A DNA stretch of 64,000 nucleotides from Eledone cirrhosa (GCA_964016885.1 OZ024743.1:306094001-306158000), one strand, 5' to 3'; positions 41,180-56,186 are shown, counted from the first letter of the stretch. The notes: generated by a model not told the origin, from the sequence alone. Numbers and translations are program-made.

Positions 41180-43980
41180 TATCTGATGCAGGTGAGCTAT
41201 GAGGCCTCACTCATGCCAGCACTTTCCCTTCCGCCCACATGTAGCTGTGCCTAGCACCCAGGCTGGTGCCGATCAGCCACTCACCCCTGATGCAGCTTGG
41301 TGCCCCAGTCCCCGCTCCACACCCCATCCTCCATCCCCAGCAGTCGACATCTGCAGCACTTGCAGCACCACTAACAGAAGGAAGAGGGGCCGAGACTTTT
41401 CTGGGTGCGGCTGCTTCCACCACCTCACCTGTGTTGGCTTGACGCGTCGAGCTTCCAGTGCCCTCGCAGCGTGGAGCAGCAGAAACTGTCTCTTCCCCTC
41501 GTCTGCCCAGCCAGGGACGTCTGGCACTCCACCAGATGAGACAGCGAGCTTGCCTGATGCCCAAGCCTCGCTGGTCAACAGCTCGGTTCAGGCGGATCCG
41601 GAAGATTCCGCTCAGGATCCCGAGAGCGGCCTGGATGGCGGTATCCGATTCCGTCACTTGCTCGATCGAGAGTGCTCTGGACTCCAATCGAGCCAGCGAC
41701 TGAAAGCGCCTCTTCTATTTCACCACACTCACCCTCGGCCTCCCCAGCTCTGGCGCTGACCGAGGCTGCCTATCGACAGCAGCTTTTGTCAAGGCCAATG
41801 TTTCGTCCTTTGGGCAAGCGCCCATTCCAAGCTAGCCGAGGGATCTCACAACTCCTGCTCTTGTGTGCCTCCAATCCTCTACCCCTGAGGCCAGCGCCAA
41901 GCGTTTGCGTGAACGCGCAAACGCTAAACTATCCATGGGTGATGTCGCAGCCGCAGTCAGACTGGTTGCCTCAGAGGACACTGTCCTCCAACCCACCGAT
42001 GAGGTCCTGTCTGCCCTGCGACTCAAGCATCCTGAGCCACCTGCTGACCTCCGACCCATGCCCCCACGCGATCCCCACCTGCTGCTTGTTGCTTCCGACG
42101 CAGACATCATGTCTGCCATCAAGTCCTTCCTAGCTAGCAGCAGCGGAAGTGCTGATGGTCTCCGACCAGGCCACCTCAAGGAGTTGATATCCCCCTCTCT
42201 GCTGAGGCCGGATGCCGCCTTCTGAGTGCAATTGTGGCACTCACCAATAGGCCTATCCATGGCGCCCTGGATCCTCACGCCGAGGTCTCTTTTTTATCGG
42301 CTAGCCTGACCACTCTCAGGAAGAAAGAGGGTTGCAGACGCCCCATCGCTGTGCGCAAGGTCTTCCAGGGGCTTGGTACTAAGGTGGTCTGCAGGTCCAT
42401 AACACCTGAACTGGGTGAGGAGTTCAGTCCGGTGCAACTGGGGGTTGGCGTGTCCGGTGGCTGTGAGGGGGGCGCACTTGCAACCAAGCAGTTCTTCAAC
42501 AGCTGCCCACCGGAATATGCAACCAGGGACTCCAGGCACCTCATTGTCAAGCTTGACATGAGGAATGCCTTTAACTGCATACGCCGGGACCATATGCTCG
42601 ATGCCTGCCTCAGCCGATCCCCATCCGCCTACCCGCTGGCCTACTTGTCCTATCGAGCACCGAGCAAGCTCCTTGCTGCTTATACCTTCGGCCACTGGTG
42701 TCCAACAGGGCGATCCTTTGGATGCCCTCCTGTTTGCCCTTGGTATAGACCACATTGCCCGGAGTGTCACGGCCCCTCTCAACGTTTGGTACCTAGATGA
42801 TGCTACGCCGGGCGGGTCCGTGGAGACTATCTGCCATGAGCTTCAATCAGTGGTTCCTGCCCTGGCGGGAATCGGCCTCCAGGTCAACTCGTCTAAGTCG
42901 GAGGTGGTGAATGTCAGCCATGATGCTGAGAGCTTTGCAGTCTCCGTATTGGACGTGCGGTCCATTCTCCACCAGGTACAGGTGACCCCCAAAGTGGATG
43001 TCCTCATCCTCGGGTCACCGATCCACCCGCCGGCCATCCGCTCCACCATCAGGTCTAGGCTCCAACAACTACAGAGCCTACGAGCCGACTGGGCTTGATC
43101 AACGGCCACGAAGCTCCTCTACACCCTGCGCAGCGCTCCGTGCTACAGCCACGTATCTTGCCTCGCTGACCTCGATACTTGTATCCGAGCGGCAGCTGAG
43201 GAAATATGCAACATCAGGTTTGACGACATTGGATGGCAACAGGCCACTTTATCTGTCAGATATGGCGGCCTTGGCTTCCGGTCTCCGGTCTCGCTGGCTT
43301 TGCCGGCGTTTCTTTCATCCGTAAACTCATGGCACGTCCTCGTCAGCAGGGTTCTCCAAAACACAATAGAACTCTCTGTATTCAGGGAACGTGAGGTCAC
43401 TTGTGAGCCGTGGGACAGGCTGGGACTTAGCCCAGTAGACGTCCATCCTCCTTCTACCCCTGATGGCACCAAGTCCCCCCGAAGCGTATGGGATACCATC
43501 CAGTGCAGCCTGGCCTCAGAGAGGCTCATGCACCAGCTCGACCAGCACCGCCTTGCCTGTTTTTGCGCGGCCTTCAAACCCTACAGTGGTGTCTGGTTCC
43601 ATGCCTTACCCTCCTTCTCCACTGGCACGAAACTGGATAACGATAGCCTGCGCATAGGCGTTTCCTTGAGGCTTGGACTCCGGATCTGCGAGCCACTTAA
43701 ATGTTGCTGTGGATCCACCGTGGACTCTTTCGGCTTCCACCCGATTTCCTGTCACCACTGTGCCGGCCGCCTTCCACGCCATGCTACCCTCAACGAGGTC
43801 ATTAAGCATGTCTTGGACGCTGCAGGCTTCCCCTCCCAGCTCGCGCCGGTGGGTCTGGACCCAGGGGATGGCAAAAGGCCAGACGTTATGACCATCTTGC
43901 CATTCCGCGGTGACAAACCCCTCGTCTGGGATGCCACTTGCAGCGACACTTTCTCCAGCCGCAACCTGCGAGTCATTGAG
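41180..43980 (+). mobile_element. CRE-clade non-LTR retrotransposon (PHD-like finger, RT, restriction-like endonuclease); frameshifted and 3'-truncated
   Basis: RT motifs RPIAV, QLGVGV, KLDMRNAFN, GVQQGDPL and WYLDD. RLE region CCCG...H..SC...RH....RPD...WDAT. Spread across several frames. Confidence 0.88.
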
Positions 43981-44248
43981 AATCGAAATCATAACCCTTC
44001 GTCAGCCGAACACACAAACCATGTGTGTTCACCATATATATATGTCTATAAACGAATATATGTATATTGTATATATATATATATATATATTCTATACAAA
44101 ATACATCCCCCACCAATATATATATATATGGAATCTGAGTTTTTCGAAAAATTAATAATAATATTCGATTTGTTTGCAATTATACAAACAACCCTCATTT
44201 AGAAAGCCATGTCAGTAGAATGAGCCCCTCATTCTTGCTCTTGTGTTG

Positions 44249-44621
44249 GCATGTAAACAGAACTGCAGACACTAATGTTTCTAGGTATTACCCTTCATCA
44301 ATACAGTTCACTGTTCACCTACCAACTGTCAGAGCTAGTGAAAATATATGATATTTTCTAAAATATACAGTGACTGATCGGCCTGATTTACATATTAGCA
44401 GACTGACTGATCATCAGATCTGCATATTAGCAGATCCACTGATCAGCCAGATTTGCATATCAGCAGACTGGCCAGTCAGTTTCCTGTATACGAGCGATCA
44501 ATGGCCGGCTTTACCATATTCAAATGAAGAAAAACATTTTTTTTTTGGCAGGTGAACAGTGAACTGTACTGATGAAAGGTAATACCCAGAAACATTAGTG
44601 TCTGCCGTTCTGTTTACATGC
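44249..44621. mobile_element. MITE-like element with ~77-bp terminal inverted repeats
   Basis: GCATGTAAACAGAAC...CTGTTCACCTACCAA (44249-44325) is the reverse complement of TTGGCAGGTGAACAG...GTTCTGTTTACATGC (44545-44621). Three internal ~33-bp repeats. Confidence 0.75.
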
Positions 44622-45337
44622 ATTCTGTTTACATCCATTTGGTATATATACCAAAACACACGTAAATACATAGATATTAACCGATCAACCTATCTTATCA
44701 AACTTAGCAGATGGTGGTCATTGCAGCAGTGGACAAGTACAGCATGATTTCCCAGTTAGCCTGGAAATACAAAATCTACCATTTAGGTATTTCACTATAA
44801 TACACCTTAGACTTGACATTAATTTTGTTAGATAACACCCACCTTAAGGGATTTTACAGAAAACACAATTCTTAAGACTTAGCTCTTCTTTTGATTACTT
44901 ACAAACCTTACATTAGGTTCTATTGTATTTTTTCCCCCGTATCTCAAAATATTTCATCCAAATCTTCGTTATACATCTCTCGCAATCTTCGTCCAACAAC
45001 CAGCTCGTCTGCAAATTCATCCATTTTAGCCCTTTATGTTTTGATTTTTTTTCTTTTTATTATTTGGTTATGTTGTTGCTGCTGCTGCTGCTGCTGCTGA
45101 ATTTGCAGTTGTCATTATTCTACCGTTTGTATCTGTTATATATAAATATTATACTTTTTGTAGTTGTTCTTATATGAGAGAACGGAATAATGACATAATG
45201 CCGGTGGGACAAGTAATATGCACCACAAGGTTTAGATAGATAGATATACCCAATAATTCGACCAAAGAAATCTTCAATGTTAATAACAATGGCTATATGG
45301 AAAATTTGAATAATACACACACACACACATACGTGCA

Positions 45338-45394
<57 letters not shown>

Positions 45395-45994
45395 CATTTA
45401 TATTGGAAAATGTGTGAAATCTTTGGTACAGTTAGGTATATATATTTGAAAAAAGGAAAAGAATGACTTCACTTGTAGTTCTAAACAATTTGATTTAATT
45501 GTATATACCTAATCTATGTAATTACATGGTGTAGATATCTGCAAAATTACATAAGACAGACAAATCCCCCCCACCCACCCCACCCAACAGGACCTCTTTC
45601 AATCTTGTTTATACCTATATTTATATTTTTATTTTATTTCCCATTTATAATCCTTGTTTTTATCTGCAAACCAGAAAAAAAACTTCATCCCTTTACATAA
45701 TGTACACACACACACCACAAGACAAAAGACAGAATTTATATCCACTTTAAGCTATTTTTCCAAAACCTTAAAATAACTTTTGACACAATTAAACATCGCC
45801 TAAATGCACACGCACACACACGCGCGCGCACACACACACGCGCGCGCGCACACACACAATAAAACAACAAAATGCCACCTGGACCACCGTTATGAATAGA
45901 AAAGTAATTTTCTGTTTAAACCTTTTCTTTTTAAACATGAATCTTGACCTGTAGAACGTCACTTCCACCATCACCACCACATCTTCTTCGCTCA

Positions 45995-46337
45995 CTTATT
46001 CCCGAGAGGGTCGTAGGGGAAGATTCCTCAAACACTCCTTCCAGCGGGTCCTGTTAGAAGCAACCGTCTCCAACAACTGATCCGGCTGGATCCCCAAGTT
46101 GACCAACCAAGCTCATGTATGTTATTCAACCATCTTGCTTGGGGTCGGCCTCTGACTCCCTTGCCGATTGGTTTGCCCATAAAATCTTTCCAGCAATTCT
46201 TCCCGAGACATTCTAACCACATGCCCATTTTATCGGGGCTGTGATCACTCAATTCGGAGAAATAGCGGCTCTACCTGGAGTGAATCTCTGAACTCTGAGC
46301 TACGCACTTTATCGAGTAACATTACTCCAAAGATCCA
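45995..46337 (-). mobile_element. 3' fragment of an RTE-like LINE
   Basis: Peptide ...GKGVRGRPQARW... resembles an RTE C-terminus. 46246-46337 is clearly similar to 61280-61370 of the larger RTE-like fragment. Confidence 0.7.
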
Positions 46338-46593
46338 CACTTAAATATATATATATATATGGAGAATTTTTTGACAGATAATTCACATATGTTCTAACTG
46401 CCCAGAAAATATGAGAACAACATTTTAAACATTTGATAAGATTGACATATCAATCGAAACCGTTGAGAAAATTTAAATCTATTTAATGAAACAATTTAAA
46501 AAATATTCATTCTGAATGATTAAAGAAAAAAATGCGATATACGTTTAAATTTGGAAAATTACCGAGAGTAATCGCATTATTACAATACATTAA

Positions 46594-47260
46594 GGGCGGT
46601 GGATTGCCAGTATCTGTAGAGCGTCGGACAATATACTTTGTGACATAGAGTTACTGCTCTTTACGTTCTGATTTCAAATCCCGCCGAGGTTAGCTTTGCC
46701 TTTCAGCCTTACAGGGTCGGTAAAATAAAGTACCAGTTAGTACTGGGGTAGGTTTAATCGACTTTCACCCAGCCCCCGCCTCCAACCACCACCACCTTCA
46801 AATTGCTGGATCTGTGCCTATATAAGAAACCATTATTACAAAGGGCGGTGGATTGGCAGCATCGGTAGAGGGTCAGACACTATGCTTTCCAGCATAGTTA
46901 CGTCCCTTTACGATCTGAGTTCAAATCCCGCCGAGGTTAACTTTGCCTTTCATCCTTACGGGGTCGATAAAATAAAGTACCAGTAATGCACTGGCTAATT
47001 GCTGGTCTTGTGCCTAAAGTAGAAACAATTATTACAATGCCCTATAAAGGCAGTGTATTGGAAGAGTCATTGGAGCATCGAACAATGCTTAGCATATGTT
47101 TCAACACTTTACGTTCTGAGTTCTAACCCCACCGAGGTCAACTTAACCTTTCATCCTTCAAAATGCACAGCCAGTCAAGTATGGAATCGATTTAATTGTC
47201 TTTCCCCTAAGCCCCCGTATTTGCTGGCTTTATACCTAAATCTAATTAATAGTTTATTAT
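46594..47260 (+). mobile_element. Three head-to-tail tRNA-derived SINEs with a Meta-like domain (46594-46838, 46843-47033, 47048-47260)
   Basis: Head GGGCGGTGGATTGGCAG..TCGGTAGAG, B box GAGTTCAAATCC, body GCCTTTCATCCTTACGGGGTCGATAAAATAAAGTACCAG, tail AGAAACAATTATTA. Confidence 0.85.
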
Positions 47261-48099
47261 GAAACGATAAACTATCCATTAGTTCTAATAAAAACAAAAC
47301 TCACTATTAAAGGGAACAAAAAAAAATAAGAAAGAAAAAAGGAAAGAAAAGGGAGAAAAGGAAAGAAGGATCAAGCAACGAAAGGAAGGTTTTAAATAAT
47401 TATTACAATACATTCTGTTTGAAAGAAAGTTCAGATCATCACGGCTGAATCAACATTGATTAAGACTGCTCAATCAGAGCTGGTCTAGAGCTAAACAATA
47501 ACAGCACGTTGACTCCAAAGGATTTCACTCGTTCACGTTATCTTTTTCTTTAATGACCTGCTCAAAGGAGGAAGGCTGGAATCCATGATAGGTTTCAGAG
47601 CTTCTTAGATTAGTGTGAAGTTACCCACATACGACAGACACAAGACCTGATCCCAACATTCACAACAGAGTATACTCCGCTAAAAGCACATAATGTGGTG
47701 TTAAACTAGGTAGTTGTTTAAGCGTCTATCGGTGGTGCTTTGTTTTTATTTTTATTGTTTAATCAGGAAGGGAGGCGAAGCGACTATGATCCTTTACAGA
47801 GCCTTTGAGAATGGTGTGAGCAATAGAAAGAGAGCGAGGAAGGTATCCTCAAACAAGAGATCTGGCCTGGATGCATATAATGGAGGGAAATCACCAAGGT
47901 TCTGGTGGTGGTGTTAAACTCATATAATAGATACAGAAACATATGCCCGTATACACGTATAACTCTAAACATAGAGATCTACATATACAGACAGGGCTAA
48001 ATTCCAATGAAAAAGTATTGTTTCTATGTTAGAAACCGACTCTCTCTCTCTCTCTCCCTCTCTTTCTCTCTCCCTCTCTCTCTCTATTATTGAACATTT

Positions 48100-48465
48100 A
48101 TAAAATAATGATTTCTACTAGGTACAAGGCCAGTAATTTTTGGGGGGATAGGATAGTCGATTAAATCGACCTCAGTGCGTAACTGGTACTTTATTTTATC
48201 GACCCCTTAAGGATGAAAAGTAAAGCTAACCTCGGCGGGATTTGAACTAAGTACGTAAAGAGACAAGGTTTATAAAATAATTGTTTCTACTTTTTGGCAC
48301 AAGGCTAGCAATTATCACAGTGTATTACTGGCACTTTATTTTATCCACCCCGTAAGGATGAAAGGCAAAGTTAATCACGGCGGGATTTGAACTCAGTCCG
48401 TAAAGGGACGTAACTGTGCTGCAAAGCATGGCGTCCGACCCTCTACCGATACTGCCAATCCACCG
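48100..48465 (-). mobile_element. Two tandem copies of the same SINE family
   Basis: Reverse complements of the 46.8-kb SINE at ~48100-48265 and ~48275-48465. Confidence 0.85.
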
Positions 48466-48524
48466 TATACAATAATAAAACCAGAACATACATACATACC
48501 TACATACATACACACGTAGAATCA

Positions 48525-48859
48525 ATGTGGCATAATAGTCAGGGTGTCCAACACACGATCATAAGGTCGTGAGTTAAATTCTCGAAACTAGTGGCATGTT
48601 GTGGCGTCATATTGTAACCTTCATCAAGACACTTTATTTCGAGTTGCTCCAGTCCACACAGGTAGCAAAAAAGAGTTGTATCTGTAGTTTAAGGGACAGG
48701 CCTTGTCACACTGAATAACCATGAGAACTACTTTTGGGGTGCACGTGCCTATGAAATGTGCCGCCTCATACAAGTTAATTTCTCGAGTAGCCAGTTCCGT
48801 TGATTGAATCACTGGAGGACTGGTCATCGGAAAATGACAGAGGGCCAACACCAACAACA

Positions 48860-48860
<1 letters not shown>
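48525..48860 (+). mobile_element. tRNA-derived SINE with CORE-like body (second family)
   Basis: GTGGCATAATAG head, GAGTTAAATTC B-box-like motif, CAAGACACTTTATTTC..GTTGCTCCAGTCCAC body and (CAA)n-like tail. Confidence 0.65.
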
Positions 48861-50980
<2,120 letters not shown>

Positions 50981-51499
50981 TTTGTGTTTGTGTATCTGTC
51001 TTCTTTCTTTCCCACTTACTTCTACTCCTTTGTTATTTTCATTTTATATTGTCTCATTGCTCGTGTTTGAATGCACGATCGTAGAAACACACACACACAT
51101 ACAGAGGCCCACACATACAATAACACATATGTGTAACCATATTTATCTTCTGGCCACTTGGATGCATTAGCCTGTCTCCTGTAACATAGGTAAATATAAA
51201 TATATATATGGATGCAGTTATATAAGTAGAAATATATAACCGCTCTTCTTGTGGCGTATGATAATATTTGTTGGTTGGCAAAACACCAAAAAATAGTAAG
51301 TCTGATAACCCTTTAGTTGTAAGGGCACCAATTCAAGATGCCGTCTTCATGTAGTATGCAGTTGAGTCCCATAATCCATTGTGCTATAGGGACAGTATTG
51401 AAGATGCATTCGACGAGTTAGCCACCCTGAGATTATTCATCTCTTTGATGCACTATTTGCACAGAAGTGTTTGAAATGTACCTTCTCGTATAATATTAC

Positions 51500-51760
51500 A
51501 ACGTGATAGGTGGATCAGTTATAATGTCGTGGGTTCGATTCCTGAACTGGATTGTATGTTGTGTTGTTGAGCAAAGGACTTCATTTCACGTTGCTCCAGT
51601 ATACTCAGCTGAAAATTTGTATCAGCAATAGCTAGGGGTTTAATCTTGCGAGGGACTAGCGTGTTGTCCGGGGGGAGGGGGGGGTTCTACTCTCAGTTGC
51701 TTAACACCACGGAAACCGAAATAAGTACTGGCCTGATGAGCCTTTGGGCTTGAGACAGAC
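51500..51760 (+). mobile_element. tRNA-derived SINE with CORE/V-domain-like body
   Basis: B box GGTTCGATTCC, then TTGAGCAA...TTTCACGTTGCTCCAG and GGACTAGCG...TCCGGGGG...GGAAACCG...GGCCTGATGAGCC. Confidence 0.65.
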
Positions 51761-52513
51761 TTTAGACTGACTCGTGGGTGGCTTAGCAAAGTGCTCCCTG
51801 TTGTAAACATTCGGGTCATATCTACCGTCTGAAAATAATTTCCTAGAGTCATCCAAAAGTTTACGTGTGAAGCTTGGTAAACACAGTATGTGTGGAGGTC
51901 CATAGAATGGACTGTTTCTGTTTCTGTGTAGACGTAATCTATTACTAAAGTTAACATCCCTATCTGGCCCTTCGGTCCCTTAACAAGCCAAATCTTGAAT
52001 TCGGGGATAAATTCCTCTTTTGCTCCCGCGAAACATGAAGTCGCCGAAAAGGGACTTGAATGGTACCCTTCCCTCTAAGACTAAACAATGAAATATATAA
52101 ATACACACAGACACACACATGCATACGCACGCGCACAAGTATAGCTCTTTATACAAAACGGTTTTTTTTCCATTTCAGGTAGACGCGCTCCATCATCCCC
52201 AGCATCAACAGTTTTCCAAGAGATGTCAACATGAATGGACCTGTTATTTTTATCGAAAGACATTTTTTCCAATTCCACCCCGCCCCTCCTGATCAAGGAC
52301 TAGCGTTCGAAACGTTTGACTCTCTTCCTGCTATTTCGAGCGTTAACCTAATATATTCCTTCCATATACTGTACCGATTGTGTTTACCTTTTACACACAC
52401 ACTCACACATACACTTATATATATTTTAACTATAATAAAGAAAGGAGTGCGGGATTGCGTCCAGAATATATTTTTTTACCCCGTTTGTAAAATTAGTTGG
52501 ATTACTTTGAATA

Positions 52514-52701
52514 AATAATTGTTTCTACTTTTGGCACAAGGCCAGCAATTACCCAGTGTATTACTGGTACTTTATTGTATCGACCCCGTAAGGATGAAAG
52601 GCAAAGTTAACCTCGGCGGGATTTGAACCCAGATCATAAAGGGACAAAACTCTATGTTTCAAAGCATGGTGTCCGACTCTCTACCGATACTGCCAATCCA
52701 C
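52514..52701 (-). mobile_element. SINE (Meta-like family)
   Basis: Reverse complement of the 46843-47033 copy. Confidence 0.85.
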
Positions 52702-53082
52702 AATAATGAATGAATATTACTTAATTTATGTGCTAAATTTCGTGGCTGTTGATTAAATATATTTTATAGCTTATTTAAATACCTTTAAAATTCATTTCTT
52801 TAAAATTATCAAATGTCAACACTTCCGGTTAGCGGCCGTTATATTATAACACTTATAAAAATATCGCATATATTTCCGTCGCTAATTTTCTCCTAATACA
52901 GTTTATATATAATATCGTCTTTTTTTTAATATATCATGGATTACGTTACTGATTACAGAAGACAGTGTAACATGGTCTTCGTTCAATTTCTGTTTATATT
53001 GTCAATTACGATTTTATTTGATGTATCATATCTACATGCATATATATTTGTCTATAATATCAATATACACACTACACATGCC

Positions 53083-53116
53083 AGCAGAAAACCACCCGGG
53101 GTGGTTTTTCTGCTAG
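53083..53116 (+). mobile_element. Probable Helitron 3' terminus (GC hairpin followed by CTAG|T)
   Basis: ACCACCCGGGGTGGT hairpin followed by TTTTCTG-CTAG-T. The 5' end was not identified. Confidence 0.45.
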
Positions 53117-53399
53117 TATATATAAAGAAGTCAAGGTTAAAAGAATCAGCTGTACAAGGTAACGAATCGCTAACGGTGGTGGTGATGCCTATTTACAATG
53201 ATGAGGGCGGTGATGGATGTGGTGGCTGTGGTTTCGATGATGATGGTGGTTGTGGGGAGGGGCCGTAGTGGCTGTGGTTGTGGTAGTGGTGGAGATGATG
53301 ACGGTGCTCGTGCTGGAATTCTGAGATCATACCACAACATCCATCTTATGTTTTGTCAGATATGAATCGGTAGCTTTATCAATTAATACTTTATTTACC

Positions 53400-53500
53400 G
53401 ATACTACTGCTGCCACTACTACTACAACTGCTGCTACTACTATTACTACTACTACAACTGTTGCTTCTACTACTATTATTACTACTACTAATACTATATA
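53400..53500. repeat. Degenerate (ACT)n microsatellite
   Basis: Direct inspection. Confidence 0.85.
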
Positions 53501-53947
53501 ATATATACACCCTCCTCCTAATTTTACGCCCGAATCTTCTAAATGAAATAATTTCATCTTACACTTTCAGCTAACTCCCCCAATTTTTCATACTTCTTTC
53601 TCTGACGACGTTAAGAAAATTACTGACTGCCTTTCCCACTCACTATACAGTCCACGCCCATCTACTCCAAATCATTTGACAAGTCATATAACATCATAGA
53701 ACCCTCTTCCCCGGTTTGTAACGTTCAAAGATATTTAGATATTTATTTATTGCTAGAAATTATATATTTCATTTAATTATTCAAATTAATACAAAACACT
53801 TTAAGGTTCAATGATGTGACTCTCTGGGGTCAGCACTCTATGTGACAGTCTAGTTGATCTACTGATGGCACATACTCTGACTATATTAATAACAGAAACA
53901 AAAATACAAACAAAACGAAGATAACAGTGATAGAGGCAGTTGCTGCA

Positions 53948-54666
53948 ATCAGCTTGGTGCCATCGTCTCAGTGCTATCAGCTTGGTGCCATCATCTCAGC
54001 GCCATCAGCTCGGTACTATCAGCTTGGTGCCATCAGCTCGGTACTATCAGCTTGGTGCCATCAGCTCGGTACTATCAGCTTGGTGCCATCAGCTCGGTAC
54101 TATCAACTTGGTGCCATCAGCTCGGTATTATCAGCTTGGTGCCATCAGCTCGGTACTATCAGCTTGGTGCCATCAGCTCGGTACTATCAGCTTGGTGCCA
54201 TCAGCTCGGTACTATCAGCTTGGTGCCATCAGCTCGGTATGATCAGCTTGGTGCCATCAGCTCGGTACTATCAACTTGGTGCCATCAGCTCGGTACTATC
54301 AGCTTGGTGCCATCAGCTCGGTATGATCAGCTTGGTGCCATCAGCTCGGTACTATCAACTTGGTGCCATCAGCTCGGTACTATCAGCTTGGTGCCATCAG
54401 CTCGGTATGATCAGCTTGGTGCCATCAGCTCGGTACTATCAGCTTGGTGCCATCAGCTCGGTACTGTCAGCTTGATGCCATCAACTCGGTGCCATCAACT
54501 TGATGCCATCAACTCGATGTTTCAGCTCGGTGCCATCAACTTGATGCCATCAGCTTGGTGCCATCAACTCGGTACTATCAGCTTGGTACCATCAACTCGG
54601 TACTATCAGCTCGGTGCTATCAGCTCAGTGCTATCAGCTTGGTGCCAGGAGTTCGGTACTATCAGC
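53948..54666. repeat. Minisatellite with 14-bp monomer in a 28-bp dimer (ATCAGCTTGGTGCC + ATCAGCTCGGTACT) and a local 84-bp period
   Basis: Direct inspection. The GGTATGATC variant recurs every 84 bp (~54236, 54320, 54404). Both edges are degenerate. Confidence 0.97.
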
Positions 54667-54739
54667 ATAGCCTACCAGCATGGTGCATTTTCACGGTCAG
54701 GTTTTTATGGATGCAGCAAATGATGGTTTCTTAGATGAA

Positions 54740-55071
54740 AGGAAAGTTGATTATATCGACCTCGGTAAATGACTAGTACTTTATATCATCGACCTCAGTA
54801 CATGACAAGTATTTCATTTCATCGACCTTGAAAAGATGAGACGCAAAGTTTACCTTCGCGGCATTTGAACTTAGAAAGTCGAATGCATCAAATAATTGTT
54901 TCTACCTTTGGCACAAGGCCAGCAATTACCCAGTACATTACTGGTACTTTATTTTATCGACCCCGTAAGGATGAAAGGCAAAGTTAACCTCAGCGGGATT
55001 TGAACTCAGTTCGTAAAGGGACGTAACTGTGCTGCAAAGCATGGCGTCTGACCCTCTACCGATACTGCCAA
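54740..55071 (-). mobile_element. Two tandem SINE copies (Meta-like family)
   Basis: A diverged copy at ~54740-54885 and a well-preserved copy at 54891-55071. Confidence 0.8.
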
Positions 55072-55659
55072 ATGTTTAAGTTTATATTCTTATAGACGTG
55101 AAAAAAGCTAACCATAAATTATATATTCTATAACACACACACATACAGACAGACACATTCGGACACGTACACACATACACATAGACACACTTACACACAC
55201 ACATACACAAATTCACACATCCAGAGAGAGAGAGGCACATACACTTAGACACACACGAATACATTCACAAACACACACTCACGGTGAAAGATAACAAAAT
55301 ACCAAAAGTTACTAACAACCAGTTTGGTAGCAACTTAACGTCTAACGAAATAATACCAAGCATATATAAAGGTAGCAATTACATCAACTGAGCTTCCATA
55401 CTTTAGCAATTACATCAACAGAGCTACCATACTTTATCAACCGTCTATGACGTCCCGCTACTTGGGCTGACGTAGAAACTGTCTGCAAATTTTTGGCGGA
55501 AAGAAAAATATACAGACCTGAGGAATAAAGAAAATAACTTACTTCTCGTGTCTAATTTCTCTGTCATTCTTTATAGTTTATGTTTTTCCTGGAGCTAAAA
55601 CATGATAATAAATATATTCTATACAGTTTAAGCCATTAAATATGCATTAAGCATTCATT

Positions 55660-56007
<348 letters not shown>

Positions 56008-56143
56008 ACTTTGGGAGGGTCATGTTGCCAATAAGAAACACACGCACCAGTTACTTTCACTTCAATTTATTATAATAAATTTATAAATTTATAAATTTCT
56101 GGTTGGTTGGTTGGTTCCACAACCAGATAGTTGTTTATATATT

Positions 56144-56186
56144 GTCATAGTTCTTTCGTCACACACTCTGTGACCTCTTCAGTGAC
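56144..56186 (-). ncRNA. Minimal type I hammerhead ribozyme motif
   Basis: Reverse complement of the motif at 57492-57534. Confidence 0.72.

Noticed and set aside
46843-46935. tRNA gene
   Set aside because: A and B boxes are present but run into a SINE body, the sequence is multicopy, and no complete cloverleaf is evident.
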